The notes under the pieces were generated by a model. It was not told where the DNA came from, ran no database searches, and worked only from the letters and a program-made list of their open reading frames with translations. Position numbers and translations under genes: made by a program. Shown one piece after another: positions 24,893 through 37,045 of a DNA stretch of 64,000 bases. Numbering within the stretch: the first letter of the stretch is position 1; each line of letters starts with the position of its first letter. The DNA comes from Anaeramoeba ignava BMAN (Eukaryota > Protista > Anaeramoebae), in the NCBI GenBank assembly GCA_028826165.1, contig JAPDFW010000055.1, positions 62,001 through 126,000 on the forward strand, given 5' to 3'.

Positions 24893-25185
24893 ATGAAAGA
24901 AAAGAAAAACAATATAAATTTCCCAGAATTAATATTAAAAATCATAATTAAATTATAATTAGAAATATTTTTTTATTATTAATTACTATTAATTACTATT
25001 AATATTTTATAAATAATTTCAAATATTTGAATATTGGATTTATTCAAATCAAATTAAAGATGAAATTCAAATTACACAAGAAATAATTGATGAAATTCAA
25101 ATTGGAATTGATTATTTTCAATTAAATCAAACAAATCCAAATTTATTTGATTTATTAATTAAAAAATTTAATAATCAAAATTAAA
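24893..25185 (+). pseudogene. Truncated relic of an RCC1-BTB gene 3' end
   Basis: 25017-25170 is almost identical to 22483-22640 (FQIFEYWIYSNQIK..QIGIDYFQLNQTNPNLFDLLIKKF). The upstream part is eroded and has no start. Confidence 0.8.
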
Positions 25186-25231
25186 TTTAAATTTTTTTTT
25201 TCATTTTTTTCATTTCAATTTTTTAATTAAA

Positions 25232-26737
25232 ATGGAAAATTATTCAAATTTAGAAAAACTTTCAAATGATTTAAAAAATTTATTTCAAAATCAAAATCAA
25301 AATGAAAAAGAAGAAGAAAGTTATTTTGATTTTGAAATAATTTGTGAACAAAATAAAACTTCATTTAAAACTCATAAATCAATTCTTTCTTCAAGAAGTG
25401 AATATTTTAAATCTCTTTTTAAATCAAAAATGAAAGAATATCAAGAAAATAAATTAATTCTAAAAGATGTTTCAAGTTCAATTTTATTCTCAATTTTGAA
25501 TTATTTTTATTCAGGAAAAATTGAAATTAATTTAGAAAATGCAATTCAAATTTTGTTTTTTTCATCAAAATATTTAATTGATGAATTAATTGAAATTACT
25601 TCAAATTTTATCAAAAACAATTTACGATTTGAGACAGTTGTTGATATTCTTAAATTATCTGAAGCAATGAACTTCAATCAATTAATAGATTCTTCTTATC
25701 AATTTATTTTTGATAATTTTAATGAATTTATTAAAACTTCATTTTTTCTTGAACTTGAAGAAAATCATTTAAATTTAATATTATTAAATGAAATAATTGA
25801 ACCAAATGAATTTGAGCTTTTCCAATCAATAATAAAATGGGGAAAACATAAATCAAATATTAATCAAGAAAAAGAATTAGAAAAAGAAGAAAAAGAAAAA
25901 TTACAAAATCAAATTTCAAATATTATTAATAAAATCAGATTTATTGATTTTACAAAAAAAGAACTTCAAGATATTTTGAAAGAAGATTTAATTCCAAATC
26001 AAATTTCAAAAAAATTAATTCAATTCCAAAAACTTCAAAATCAAAACGATAAAGAAAATGAAAAAAAAAATGAAAAAAAATTAAAAAGATTTATTCAAAA
26101 AGAAAATCGAAATCAAAATTCATTAATTTTCCAACCAAGATTTAAATTAGATTCAAAAATAATTAAAGAAATTGGACATTTTAATAAATTAAAAGAATGG
26201 ATAAATAATGACGAATTTTTTTCCAAAATGAAAAAAGGATTTTCAGCAAAAAGAGATGGATTTGATTGTAAGAAATGGCATGATATTTGCGATAATAAAG
26301 GAAAAACATTGGTTATTATTAAAACAAAAGATAACTTTATTTTTGGGGGATTTACTCAAATTGGATTTACAAATAATAAGTTAACATGGAGAAATCAAGA
26401 TAGAGAAGATTATCGTGGGTGGATTAGAGATCCAAATGCATTTATTTTTTCATTAAGAAATAATAAGAATAATAGAAAATCAGAGAAATTTAAAATCAGG
26501 CAAATTGAAGAAGAATATGCAATTTTTTATGATTATTCAAGTTACGGTCCAAATTTTGGTCATGGAAATAATGCAGATTTTTATTTAAATTCAAAATTAC
26601 AATCTGGTAATTCAAATTTTGGTTATACTTATCATTTGCCTAATAGAATTAAACCATATTCAAATGAATCTCAAACATATTTAGCTGGTTCTTTTAGATC
26701 ATGGAAAGTTGATGAACTTGAGACTTTTTTCATTTGA
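25232..26737 (+). CDS. BTB-BACK-TLDc protein, copy B, intronless
   Basis: BTB-BACK is nearly identical to copy A. The TLDc domain has longer and different variable loops. Confidence 0.92.
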   Translation: MENYSNLEKLSNDLKNLFQNQNQNEKEEESYFDFEIICEQNKTSFKTHKSILSSRSEYFKSLFKSKMKEYQENKLILKDVSSSILFSILNYFYSGKIEINLENAIQILFFSSKYLIDELIEITSNFIKNNLRFETVVDILKLSEAMNFNQLIDSSYQFIFDNFNEFIKTSFFLELEENHLNLILLNEIIEPNEFELFQSIIKWGKHKSNINQEKELEKEEKEKLQNQISNIINKIRFIDFTKKELQDILKEDLIPNQISKKLIQFQKLQNQNDKENEKKNEKKLKRFIQKENRNQNSLIFQPRFKLDSKIIKEIGHFNKLKEWINNDEFFSKMKKGFSAKRDGFDCKKWHDICDNKGKTLVIIKTKDNFIFGGFTQIGFTNNKLTWRNQDREDYRGWIRDPNAFIFSLRNNKNNRKSEKFKIRQIEEEYAIFYDYSSYGPNFGHGNNADFYLNSKLQSGNSNFGYTYHLPNRIKPYSNESQTYLAGSFRSWKVDELETFFI

Positions 26738-26775
26738 AATATTTTTTTTTTCATTTTTTTTCATTTTTATCTCAA

Positions 26776-29700
26776 ATGAATTCTTTACAAAATTTATCTG
26801 AAAATTTAATTAAAGAAAGAAAATTACCAAATCAAAATCAACTCATTTCAATTTTAAAAGAATTAGAAAATCAAATTTCTCAAAAAAAACAAGAAATTCT
26901 TCCCTTTTTAAAAGTTATTCGGAACAGTTGTACAAATCCTGATTATCAAAATTTAATCAGAACAAATTTTGGAATTAAACTTTTAGTGACGTCACTACTT
27001 GATTTTATTAAAGGTTTTTCAATTCAAAAAATTTCAATTCAAATAAATTTCAATTCAAATAAATTCAATTTAAATTTTTCTTTTTTTTAGATGAAACAAC
27101 AATTTTGATTTCTCTTCAATTTTTAGCAAACTTTATTGTTCAAAATCCAAAAAATCAAGAATTAATTTGGAATCTTTGTTTTCCAAATTTTTTTATGTAA
27201 AAATAAATTATTTTTTTTTTCTTAAATTTCTTTGTTAAATTTATTACTTTTTTTTCAAAAGAAAAATTTTAGAATTGAAAAAGGAAAAAACTTCAGAAGT
27301 AATTTCTATGATTTTGTATAATTGCATTTTGAGTTCTCAAGAAAGAAAGTAAGAAAACAAAAAGAGAAAACAAAAACTTCAATTTATTTTTTTCATTTGT
27401 TTTGTTTTTAGAAATTTATTAGTTACTGAAAAAGGAATTTCTATTTTGAATCTTTTAATTATACTCTCCATTTCATGTTCATCTTCTTTACTTCATTGGA
27501 TGTAAAAACAATTATTTTCCTAATTCTTAAAATTGTTTTAACATTTTTTATCCGATTTTTTTTTTTTGAAAAGTGCTTTAATTTTAAAAGAAATTTGTCA
27601 AAATCATCAATATTTTCATTTAGTTTTGAAAAATTTACAAGCAGAAAATAAAACAAATTTTTTAAGATTAATTTCAATTATAAATGAAGAAGATAATGGA
27701 TTTATTAAATTTTCAGAAGATTCAATCATTTTTTTAACAAAAAAATTTGAAAAATCAATGAGGAAATTAGGAATGGAAATCAATGAATCAAATCAAGAAA
27801 ATATTCAAGAAAATAAACAAGAAATTAAACAAGAAAATATTCAAGAAATTAAACAAGAAATTAAACAAGAAATTAATCAAGAAAATATCCAAGAAATTAA
27901 ACAAGAAATTAAACAAGAAATTAAACAAGAAAAAATTGATGAATTTTCTTTAGAAAAAAGTGGAACAAATTTTATATTTTCTCAAGTCAAAATTATTTCT
28001 TCACATTTTGTTTTAAATTCTGATCCAAAATTTATTTTGAAGATGACAAATCAAACAAGAATCATTGAATCTATTATTCATTTATTAAGAATGCTTTATA
28101 TGCCAATGGAAACAAGAAAACAAAGAAAAGATCAACTTTCTGAAGATGATTCCCTTTTTGGATTAGAAAGTGCAGCAATGTTGATTTTGGCTAATATAAC
28201 TTTTCATAATAAAATTGCTCAAGATAAAATCAGAATTTTAGGTGGACTCAGTGCAATTCTCAATAGATGTATGGTAGATGAACTCAATCCATGTAAATTC
28301 AATTTTAAATCAATTTTATATCAATTTTAAATCAATTTTATATTAATTTTAAATCAATTTTATATCAATTTTATATTAATTTTATATCAATTTTATATCA
28401 ATTTTATATTAATTTTAAATCAATTTTAAATCAATTTTAAATCAATTTTAAATCAATTTTATATTAATTTTAAATCAATTTTAAATCAATTTTATATCAA
28501 TTTTAAATCAATTTTATATTAATTTTAAATCAATTTTAAATCAATTTTATATCAATTTTAAATCAATTTTAAATCAATTTTAAATCAATTTTATATCAAT
28601 TTTATATTAATTTTAAATCAATTTTATATCAATTTTAAATCAATTTTATATCAATTTTATATCAATTTTATATCAATTTTATATCAATTTTAAATCAATT
28701 TTAAATCAATTTTATATCAATTTTATATCAATTTTAAATCAATTTTTATATCAATTTTATATCAATTTTAAATCAATTTTATATCAATTTTAAATCAATT
28801 TTAAAATCAATTTTATATCAATTTTAAATCAATTTTATATCAATTTTATATCAATTTTTATATCAATTTTAAATCAATTTTATATCAATTTTAAATTAAT
28901 TTTAAATCAATTTTATATCAATTTTAAATCAATTTTAAATCAATTTTATATCAATTTTTAAATCAAATTTATATCAATTTTATATCAATTTTATATCAAT
29001 TTTAAATCAATTTTATATCAATTTTAAATCAATTTTTAAATCAATTTTAAATCAATTTTATATCAATTTTAAATCAATTTTTATATCAATTTTAAATTAA
29101 TTTTTAAATCAATTTTTATATCAATTTTAAATCAATTTTTATAGAAATTTTAAATTAATTTTATATTAATTTTATATCAATTTTATATCAATTTTAAATC
29201 AATTTTATATCAATTTTAAATCAATTTTATATCAATTTTAAATCAAATTTATGGAAATTTTAAAAAATTCAAAAATCAATTTTTAAATCAATTTTTATGT
29301 CAATTTTTAAATTCAATTTTATATATCAATTTTAAATCAATTTTATATCAATTTTATAAATTTTATATTAATTTTATATCAATTTTAAATCAAAATCAAA
29401 AATCAATTTTAAATCAATTTTAAATCAATTTTAAATCAATTTTAAATTAATTTTAAAAATCAATTTTAAATCAATTTTATATCAATTTTATATCAATTTT
29501 ATATTAATTTTAAATTAATTTTATATCAATTTTATATTAATTTTAAATCAATTTTATATCAATTTTATATCAATTTTAAATCAATTTTAAATCAATTTTA
29601 AATTAATTTTAAATCAATTTTATATCAATTTTAAATCAATTTTAAATCAATTTTATATTAATTTTATATCAATTTTATATCAATTTTATATCAATTTTAT

Positions 29701-30303
29701 ATTAATTTTATATCAATTTTTATATCAATTTTATATCAATTTTAAATCAATTTTATATTAATTTTATATCAATTTTTATATCAATTTTAAATCAATTTTT
29801 AAATCAATTTTATATCAATTTTAAATCAATTTTATATCAATTTTTAAATTAATTTTATATCAATTTTATATCAATTTTAAATCAATTTTATATCAATTTT
29901 AAATTAATTTTATATCAATTTTATATTAATTTTTAAATCAATTTTTATATCAATTTTATATTAATTTTATATCAATTTTAAATCAATTTTATATCAATTT
30001 TAAATCAATTTTAAATCAATTTTATATCAATTTTAAATCAATTTTAAATCAATTTTAAATTAATTTTATATCAATTTTATATTAATTTTAAATCAATTTT
30101 AAATCAATTTTAAATCAATTTTATTTTTAGTTATAAGAGAATGGTCTTTATTAACTATTAGGAATTGTTGCGAAAATAATGAAGAAAATCAAAAATTTAT
30201 TTCTGAATTAAATTTTCAATCAGTTTGTAATTTAGATGAATTAAACAAAATGGGACTTAAAGTTGAAATAATTGATGGAAAATTTAAAATTCAAAAAAAT
30301 TAA
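26776..30303 (+). CDS. ATXN10: Ataxin-10 homologue (ARM repeats), 6 exons
   Basis: LQFLANFIVQNPKNQELIW and LILANITFHNKIAQDKIRILGGLSAILNRCMVDELNP|FIREWSLLTIRNCCENNEENQKFI (Atx10 domain). Introns ~27014-27090, 27197-27261, 27349-27411, 27502-27573 and 28293-30130. Confidence 0.88.
28295..30122 (+). repeat. 1.8-kb intronic tandem repeat (ATCAATTTTAW)n, 11-bp unit
   Basis: Fills the last ATXN10 intron from GT to AG. Confidence 0.95.
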
Positions 30304-30352
30304 TTTTTTAAATCAATTTATTTTTCATTTTTTTCCTTTCATTTTTTAAAAT

Positions 30353-32292
30353 ATGAATTCAACAAAAAACAAAAGACAAAAACAGAAAAAAAAAAGAATT
30401 TTGCAAAAGAAAAAAAATAAAATCAAAAATAAAATTAAAAATCAAAATCAAAATCAAATTAAAAATCAAAATCAAAATCAAAATCAAAATCAAAATAAAA
30501 ATAAAAATCAAAATCAAAATAAAATAATTTTAAGTAAAGAAAAAATCAAAAAATATTTGAAACCAAAAAGTAAATGTTTCAAAATTGAATTTAATCCTCA
30601 AGATTTTTATGATTTTAATCAAGATTCATATTCTAATGAATTACAAAAATCTAATTTATTTAATTCAAATATTTCAAGTAAAAAAATTTTTGTTTGAATT
30701 TTCAAAACAAAAACAAAACAAAAACAAAAAATAATTTATGGAATTTTTTTGATGATTTAAATTGTTTAAATTTTAATTCAAAGATGCACAAAAACATTTT
30801 TTAGAAGAAGTACAGATTTCAATTCCAATTTCAAATTCAATTTCAAATTCAATTTCAATTTCAATTTCAAATTCAATTTCAAAATCAATTTCAAATTCAA
30901 ATTCAATTTCAAATTCAATTTTAAAATTCAATTTCAATTTCAATTTCAATTTCAATTTCAATTTCAATTTCAATTTTAAATTTCAATTTCAATTTCAATT
31001 TCAAATTCAATTTCAATTTCAATTTCAATTTCAATTTCAATTTCAAATTCAATTTCAATTTCAATTTCAATTTCAATTTCAAATTCAATTTCAATTCCAA
31101 TTTCAAATTCAAATTCAAATTCAAATTCAAATTCAAATTCAATTTTAAATTTTAAATTTCAATTTCAAAATTAATTTCAATTTTAAATCAATTTTAATTT
31201 CAATTTCAATTTCAATTTCAAATTCAAATTCAATTTCAATTTCAATTTCAATTTCAAATTCAATTTTAAATTCAAATTCAATTTCAATTTCAATTTCAAT
31301 TTTAAATTCAAATTCAATTTCAATTTTAATTTCAATTTCAATTTCAATTTCAATTTTAAATTCAAATTCAAATTCAATTTTAAATTCAATTTCAATTTCA
31401 ATTTCAATTTCAATTTTAAATTTCAATTTCAATTCCAATTCAATTTCAATTTCAAATTAAATTTTAAATTTCAATTTCAATTTCAATTTCAAATTAAATT
31501 TTAAATTTCAATTTCAATTTCAATTTCAAAATTAATATCAGGTTAAAAAACAAAGAAGAAGTATTCTAATTCAAATTCTTAATTTACTGGAAAATGATGA
31601 TACAATTTATCCATTAATTCCAGTTCCAGAAAGTTTTGATCATGAAGTTTATTTTGGACAAATTCCACAATCAAAAAATAATTTTTACGCAGAAATCACA
31701 CTTAAAATTAGTATTTTATCAACATTGATAAAAGGAAAACATTCAAGGTATAATTTTTATCAAAATCATTTCCAAATTTAATTCAAATTAATTCCAAAAT
31801 TTTTTTTTGATTTTTGAATTTTAGTAATTTTTCTGTTTTTGCAGAAAGAGCTGAATTATTCTTTCAAATTGAACAATATCATGATTGTATTTGTGATTGT
31901 CTTCGTTCTTTAAAACTTTATCCTTCTATTAAAGTTTGTTGAACAAAAATTTAAAATTGAAAATTAATTTACAAAAAAAAATGGAACTTTTTTTGGAACT
32001 TTTTTTTTTAAAATAAATAATTTAGGTTTTTCAATTATGTGGACAATCTTGGATTAATTTAGGTGAATATTTAATTGGTTTACCTTATTTTCTTACAGCT
32101 TTAACTTTAGATCCTTTTGATAAAATTCTTTCACAAAAAGCTAAAGAAAATTTAAAAATTTTAGAAAATAAATCAATTCAAAAATTAAAACAAAATCCAA
32201 AAAATGAAAAATTAAAAGATCAATTACAAAGAATAAAATTATCAAGAGAAAATTTTGAAAAATTTTTTAAATCAAATGAAAATGAAAATTAA
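30353..32292 (+). CDS. TPR-containing protein with a Lys/Asn-rich N-terminus, 5 exons
   Basis: Spliced C-terminus VFAERAELFFQIEQYHDCICDCLRSLKLYPSIK|VFQLCGQSWINLGEYLIGLPYFLTALTLDPFD gives two TPRs. Introns ~30678-30783, 30810-31541, 31749-31824 and 31934-32025. Confidence 0.7.
30817..31535 (+). repeat. Intronic (AATTTC)n microsatellite
   Basis: Hexamer array between the GTACAG donor and the ATCAG acceptor. Confidence 0.85.
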
Positions 32293-32432
32293 AATGAAAA
32301 TTAAAATGAAAATTAAATTTTTTTTTATTGAATTTGATTAAAAAAAAAAAAGAAGAAATTGGAAAAAAAAATTTTTTTCTTTTTAAGGAAAATTTGAAAA
32401 AAGAAAAAGGAATTTTGAATTTTGAATTTTGA

Positions 32433-35400
32433 TTAAAATTTTAATTGAAATGGAGAAATTTGAGGAATTGAAGATTTAAAAGTTAAAAATTCTTGAATAA
32501 AATCATCTCTTTCTTTGGAATTAAGAAATTTAAAAATCAAAGAAGCAGAATCAGTTTGAAATTTGCATTTAAGTTCATCTTCAGGATGTTTTTTCAATAA
32601 AGAATTAAAACGAATTGGAAAATTTGTTTTTTTAGTTTCTGAGAAAAACATTAAATCAAAAGATGGAATTTCTAAATTTGATTCGATCCACATTTTAGCA
32701 AGTGTTAATTTTCCAATATTTTCAATAAAAATAACAGGATAAGATTTTGTATTTTTTGGAATATTTTCTTTTTCTCCTGGAATTTCAATTTCATCTTGAT
32801 TTTGATTTTGAAAAATTTGTTCTAGTTTTTTTTGTTCTTCTGATCCAAGATAAACTGAAATTCCAAGTTCTTTAAGTTTTGCATCTCTTTTTGTATGAAA
32901 ATGATTGAAAAAGTTTGTTAATCCTTGTTTATTTTGGCATACAAAAAGCATCCATTTGTTTTCTTCTAAAAATAGTTTTATTTGTGATGATTTTTCTGAA
33001 TTTTTCAAAACCTTTTTTAATTTTAATTTTAAATTTTAATTTTAATTTTAAATTTAATTTTAATTTTAAATTTTTAATTTTAATTTTAATTTTAATTTTG
33101 ATTTTGATTTTAATTTTAATTTTAATTTTAATTTTAAATATAATTTAAATTTTAATTCTAAATTTAATTTTAATTTTAATTTTAATTTTAATTTTGATTT
33201 TGATTTTGATTTTAAATCTACTTTTGAAAAGTTATTATAAGCGATAAAAATGTTTTCATTTGGATAAACAATTTGTATTCCTTCATCTTGAATATATACT
33301 GTTGATCCAAAAATTGGTTTTTCAGTAACTGAATCCAATAAAAGAAAATAAAAATAATTTTCTATATTTTCAGAAATTTTTTGAGTTAATGAATAACTTT
33401 GAATCTGATTAAATGTTTGAACAAAACTATTTGATTGAAATAAATCGTTAAATTGAAGAACATAAAAGCTTTTTCCCATTTCTAATTTAATAATTTTTGG
33501 ATTTTTTGGTTTGATTGAAAACTATAAGAAGAAAAAATATTTTAATTTTGATTTTAATTTTAATTTTAATTTTAATTTTAATTTTAATTTTAAATATAAT
33601 TTTAATTTTAATTATAATTATAATTTTAATTTTAAAAACTATTTAATTTTAATTTTTAAATAAAATTTTAATTTTGATTATAAACATAATTTTAATTTTA
33701 ATTCCCATTTTAATTTTAATTTAATAATTTTGGATTTTTTTTAATTTTAATTTGAAAATTTTAAAGAAGAAAAATTTTATTTTAATTTTAATTTTGATTT
33801 TAATTTTAATTTTTAATTTTAATTTTAATTTTAATTTTTAATTTTAATTTTAATTTTAATTTTAATTTTAATTTTAATTTTAATTTTAATTTTAATTTTA
33901 ATTTTAATTTTAATTTTAATTTTAATTTTAATTTTAATTTTAATTTTAATTTTAATTTTAATTTTAATTTTAATTTTAATTTTAATTTTGATTTTAAATA
34001 TAATTTTAAATATAATTTTAATTTTAATTTTAATTTTAATTTTAATTTTAATTTTAATTTTAATTTTAATTTTAATTTTAATTTTAATTTTAATTTGATA
34101 CATGATTCTCGGGTTTAAATTTATGGAATCTAACTTTCTGAGAACTAAAAATTGTAAAACCAAATTTAGAAAAAACAATAATAATATTATTATCAATAAT
34201 TCTTGAACCAGATTCATCCATTTGTTTAGTTTTAAACAATAAATTTTTGTTTTTAAAATCTTTTGGATTTAAAATTGGATTTTCAGAAGCAATATTAAAT
34301 AACTTGTTTTTTAATGTTGATTGATTATTTTCTTTTTGATTCATTAAAAATTGAATATCATTTGATTCAACTTTTTCAAGTAATGTTAAATTTGTTTTAG
34401 ATCTATTAAAACCATTAATACAACGAAATAAAAATTGAGCAATAAGAATATCTTCACAATTCATTAAAACAACTGATTGTTGAAATATAAAAGAAATAAC
34501 AGTTGGGTTTTGATTATTCAAAGAGCACTTTTTATCAAATATTTTTTGAAATTTTAAATTTTAATTTTAATTTTAATTTTAATTTTAATTTTAATTTTAA
34601 TTTTAATTTTAATTTTAATTTTAATTTTAATTTTAATTTTAATTTTAAATATAATTTTAATTTTAATTTTAATTTTAATTTTAATTTTAATTTTAATTTT
34701 AATTTTAATTTAATTTTAATTTTAATTTTAATTTTAATTTTAATTTTAATTTTAATTTTAATTTTTAATTTTAATTTTGAATTTTAATTTTAATTTTAAT
34801 TTTTTAATTTTAATTTTGAATTTTTAATTTTTAAGAAAATTTGGATTTCAATTAAAAGAAATTTTTAATTTTCATTTTTAATTAAAATTGAAATTTTTTT
34901 TCTATCCAAAACAAATTCAGAATTTCATTTAAATTTTTTTATTTTAAATTTTTTTAATTTTTAAAAGAAAATAAAACCAATATTTAATTTTAATTTTAAT
35001 TTTGTTTTTAATTTCCAATTTTTAATTTTAAAAAAAAAATGAAAAATTTTAATTTTAATTTTAATTTTAATTTTAAAATTAATTTCAATTTTAATTTTAA
35101 AAAATCATTTTCAATTTTAATTTTATTTTTAATAAAATTTTTGTTTTTAATTTTAAAAAAACCAATTTTAATTTTAATTTTAATTTTAAATTTAATTTTG
35201 ATTTTAATTTTAATTTTTGAAAAATGAAAAATTTTAATTTTAATTTTAATTTTAATTTTATAAATGAATTTTAATTTTAATTTTAATTTTAATTTTAATT
35301 TTATAAATTTTAATTTTAATTTTAATTTTAATTTTAATTTTAATTTTATAAATGAATTTTAATTTTAATTTTATAAATGAATTTCAATTGAAAAAATACC

Positions 35401-36054
35401 AGTTAAAATAAATCTAGATTCTGTCAAAAATCCTTTCGATATTCTTCGAAAATCACTATCATATCTTTCAAGTAATTTCAATGAATTATAAAGAATATCT
35501 CTTTCTGTTTCATTCGGTAACTCAAGTTCATAACGTTCTTGATTCAATTTATCATATAAAATGAGATCATTATTTGATTCAATAGTAAACTGAAAAATTT
35601 TTCATTTTGTTTTGTCAGTTTTTTTTTAAAAAATTAGTTTGTTTGCGTTTTAAAATTATTCCAAAATTATTCATAATTCATTGTTTTATAAAGTAATTAT
35701 AAACAAAATTATTGTGGAATTGAATATAAAAATATAAAAAAATACTTGAAGTTTATCAATTTTTAAATTAATTTGAATTTTTTCTTTTTCTAAAATCTCA
35801 ATTTGAACATTATTTCCCATAATTTTAACAACACTTGATTTTTTTTCATTTGCTACTAAAAGTTTTGCCTAAATCATTTCAATTAAAATTGAATTAAATA
35901 ATTTTTTAATAAGAAAAAAAAAATTTTAAAAAAAAAAAAGAAAAAAATTTTAATTTAATTTTTTATTATTTTTTACATTATTTAAAAAAGAACCAGTTGC
36001 GAAATTATTTTGAATTTGTGTTGAAATTTGTTTTTTTTGTTGAGTTTCTGTCAT
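32433..36054 (-). CDS. Hypothetical protein with several tandem divergent PH-like modules, ~6 exons
   Basis: In-frame GT-AG joins. A beta-rich block ending in a helix recurs (LELPNETERDILYNSL; LQFNDLFQSNSFVQTF; FVCQNKQGLTNFFNHF; FKFLNSKERDDFIQEF). The fold call is inference. Confidence 0.55.
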
Positions 36055-36181
36055 TTTTTTTTTGAATTATTAAAAAATTTGTTTTTAAAAAAATGGAAAA
36101 AAATGAAAAATGAAAAATAAAAAACATTTTTTTTTTTGCTTTTTTTATTTTTTATTTATTAAAATTATTCTTATTTAAAAA

Positions 36182-36937
36182 ATGGGATGGGAAGTTCGTT
36201 TTTTCTGGAATAAAAACCCAAATATCTCTATTGAAATAACAAAAGATATTTTATTTAAAAATTTAAATTCATTCGTTAAAAATTTAAAATCAAAACCTGA
36301 AAAAAGAACTGATTTATATTTAAATTTTGATCTAAATAATATTGGAATGAAATTCAGAACAAAAAGAAATTTGGAGATGAAAAAAAGAACCAAAATTATC
36401 ACACAAGATGGAATAAATTGTGAATCTTGGCAAAAAATATATTTAAACAACAAAAAAATTGATCAAAATAATATCAATTTACAAAAACTTTTTCAAATTC
36501 TTGAAAATTGTATCGATAAAGAAGATTATAATCAAGCAAAATCATTTATGGAATCAAAAGAAAAAGTTGAGATTGTGTCGGTACAAAAGAACCGTTGGCA
36601 AACTTCTGTATCCAAAAAAGAAATACAGAATATGACAAGCACACAACTTCGAAATTTTGAAAAAATTGGAAATATTGTTTCTATGGAATTTACAGAAGTA
36701 AATTTGGAATATGACGAGAAAAAAGCTGAATATTATTCTGTATGTATTGAAGGAGGAAATCCATCGACTCTTTGTACGATTGGAGACGCTTTATGGAGTT
36801 ATTTAGAAAAAAATTTAGAAAAGGATCAAAAAATTTTCCAAATGGGTTATCCTGAATTTATTGCTTTTTATTTAAAAAACATCCAATTTGATGAAAAAGC
36901 AAATCAAGAAAATAATTCAGAAAATTTACAGAAATAA
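36182..36937 (+). CDS. CYTH-like (triphosphate tunnel) domain protein, intronless
   Basis: WEVRFFW, EKRTDLYL, IGMKFR..LEMKKR, ESWQK, VSVQKNRWQ, EFTEV and SVCIEG follow the motif order of bacterial CYTH-like proteins. Confidence 0.65.
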   Translation: MGWEVRFFWNKNPNISIEITKDILFKNLNSFVKNLKSKPEKRTDLYLNFDLNNIGMKFRTKRNLEMKKRTKIITQDGINCESWQKIYLNNKKIDQNNINLQKLFQILENCIDKEDYNQAKSFMESKEKVEIVSVQKNRWQTSVSKKEIQNMTSTQLRNFEKIGNIVSMEFTEVNLEYDEKKAEYYSVCIEGGNPSTLCTIGDALWSYLEKNLEKDQKIFQMGYPEFIAFYLKNIQFDEKANQENNSENLQK

Positions 36938-37045
36938 AAATTTTAGTTTAAAAGGATATTTTGAATTGTTTATTCAAGAAGAAAACACTTGAAAAATTTT
37001 ATAAAAAAAAAATGAAAGAAAATGTTTTTATTAATAATCATAATT

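Noticed and set aside
18900-26700. DGR-type adenine mutagenesis as the source of TLDc variation
   Set aside because: Differences involve all bases and indels, and no reverse transcriptase or template repeat is present in the window.
28293-30130. Parallel with the human SCA10 intronic repeat expansion in ATXN10
   Set aside because: The unit is different and most genes here have repeat-filled introns, so this is coincidence.
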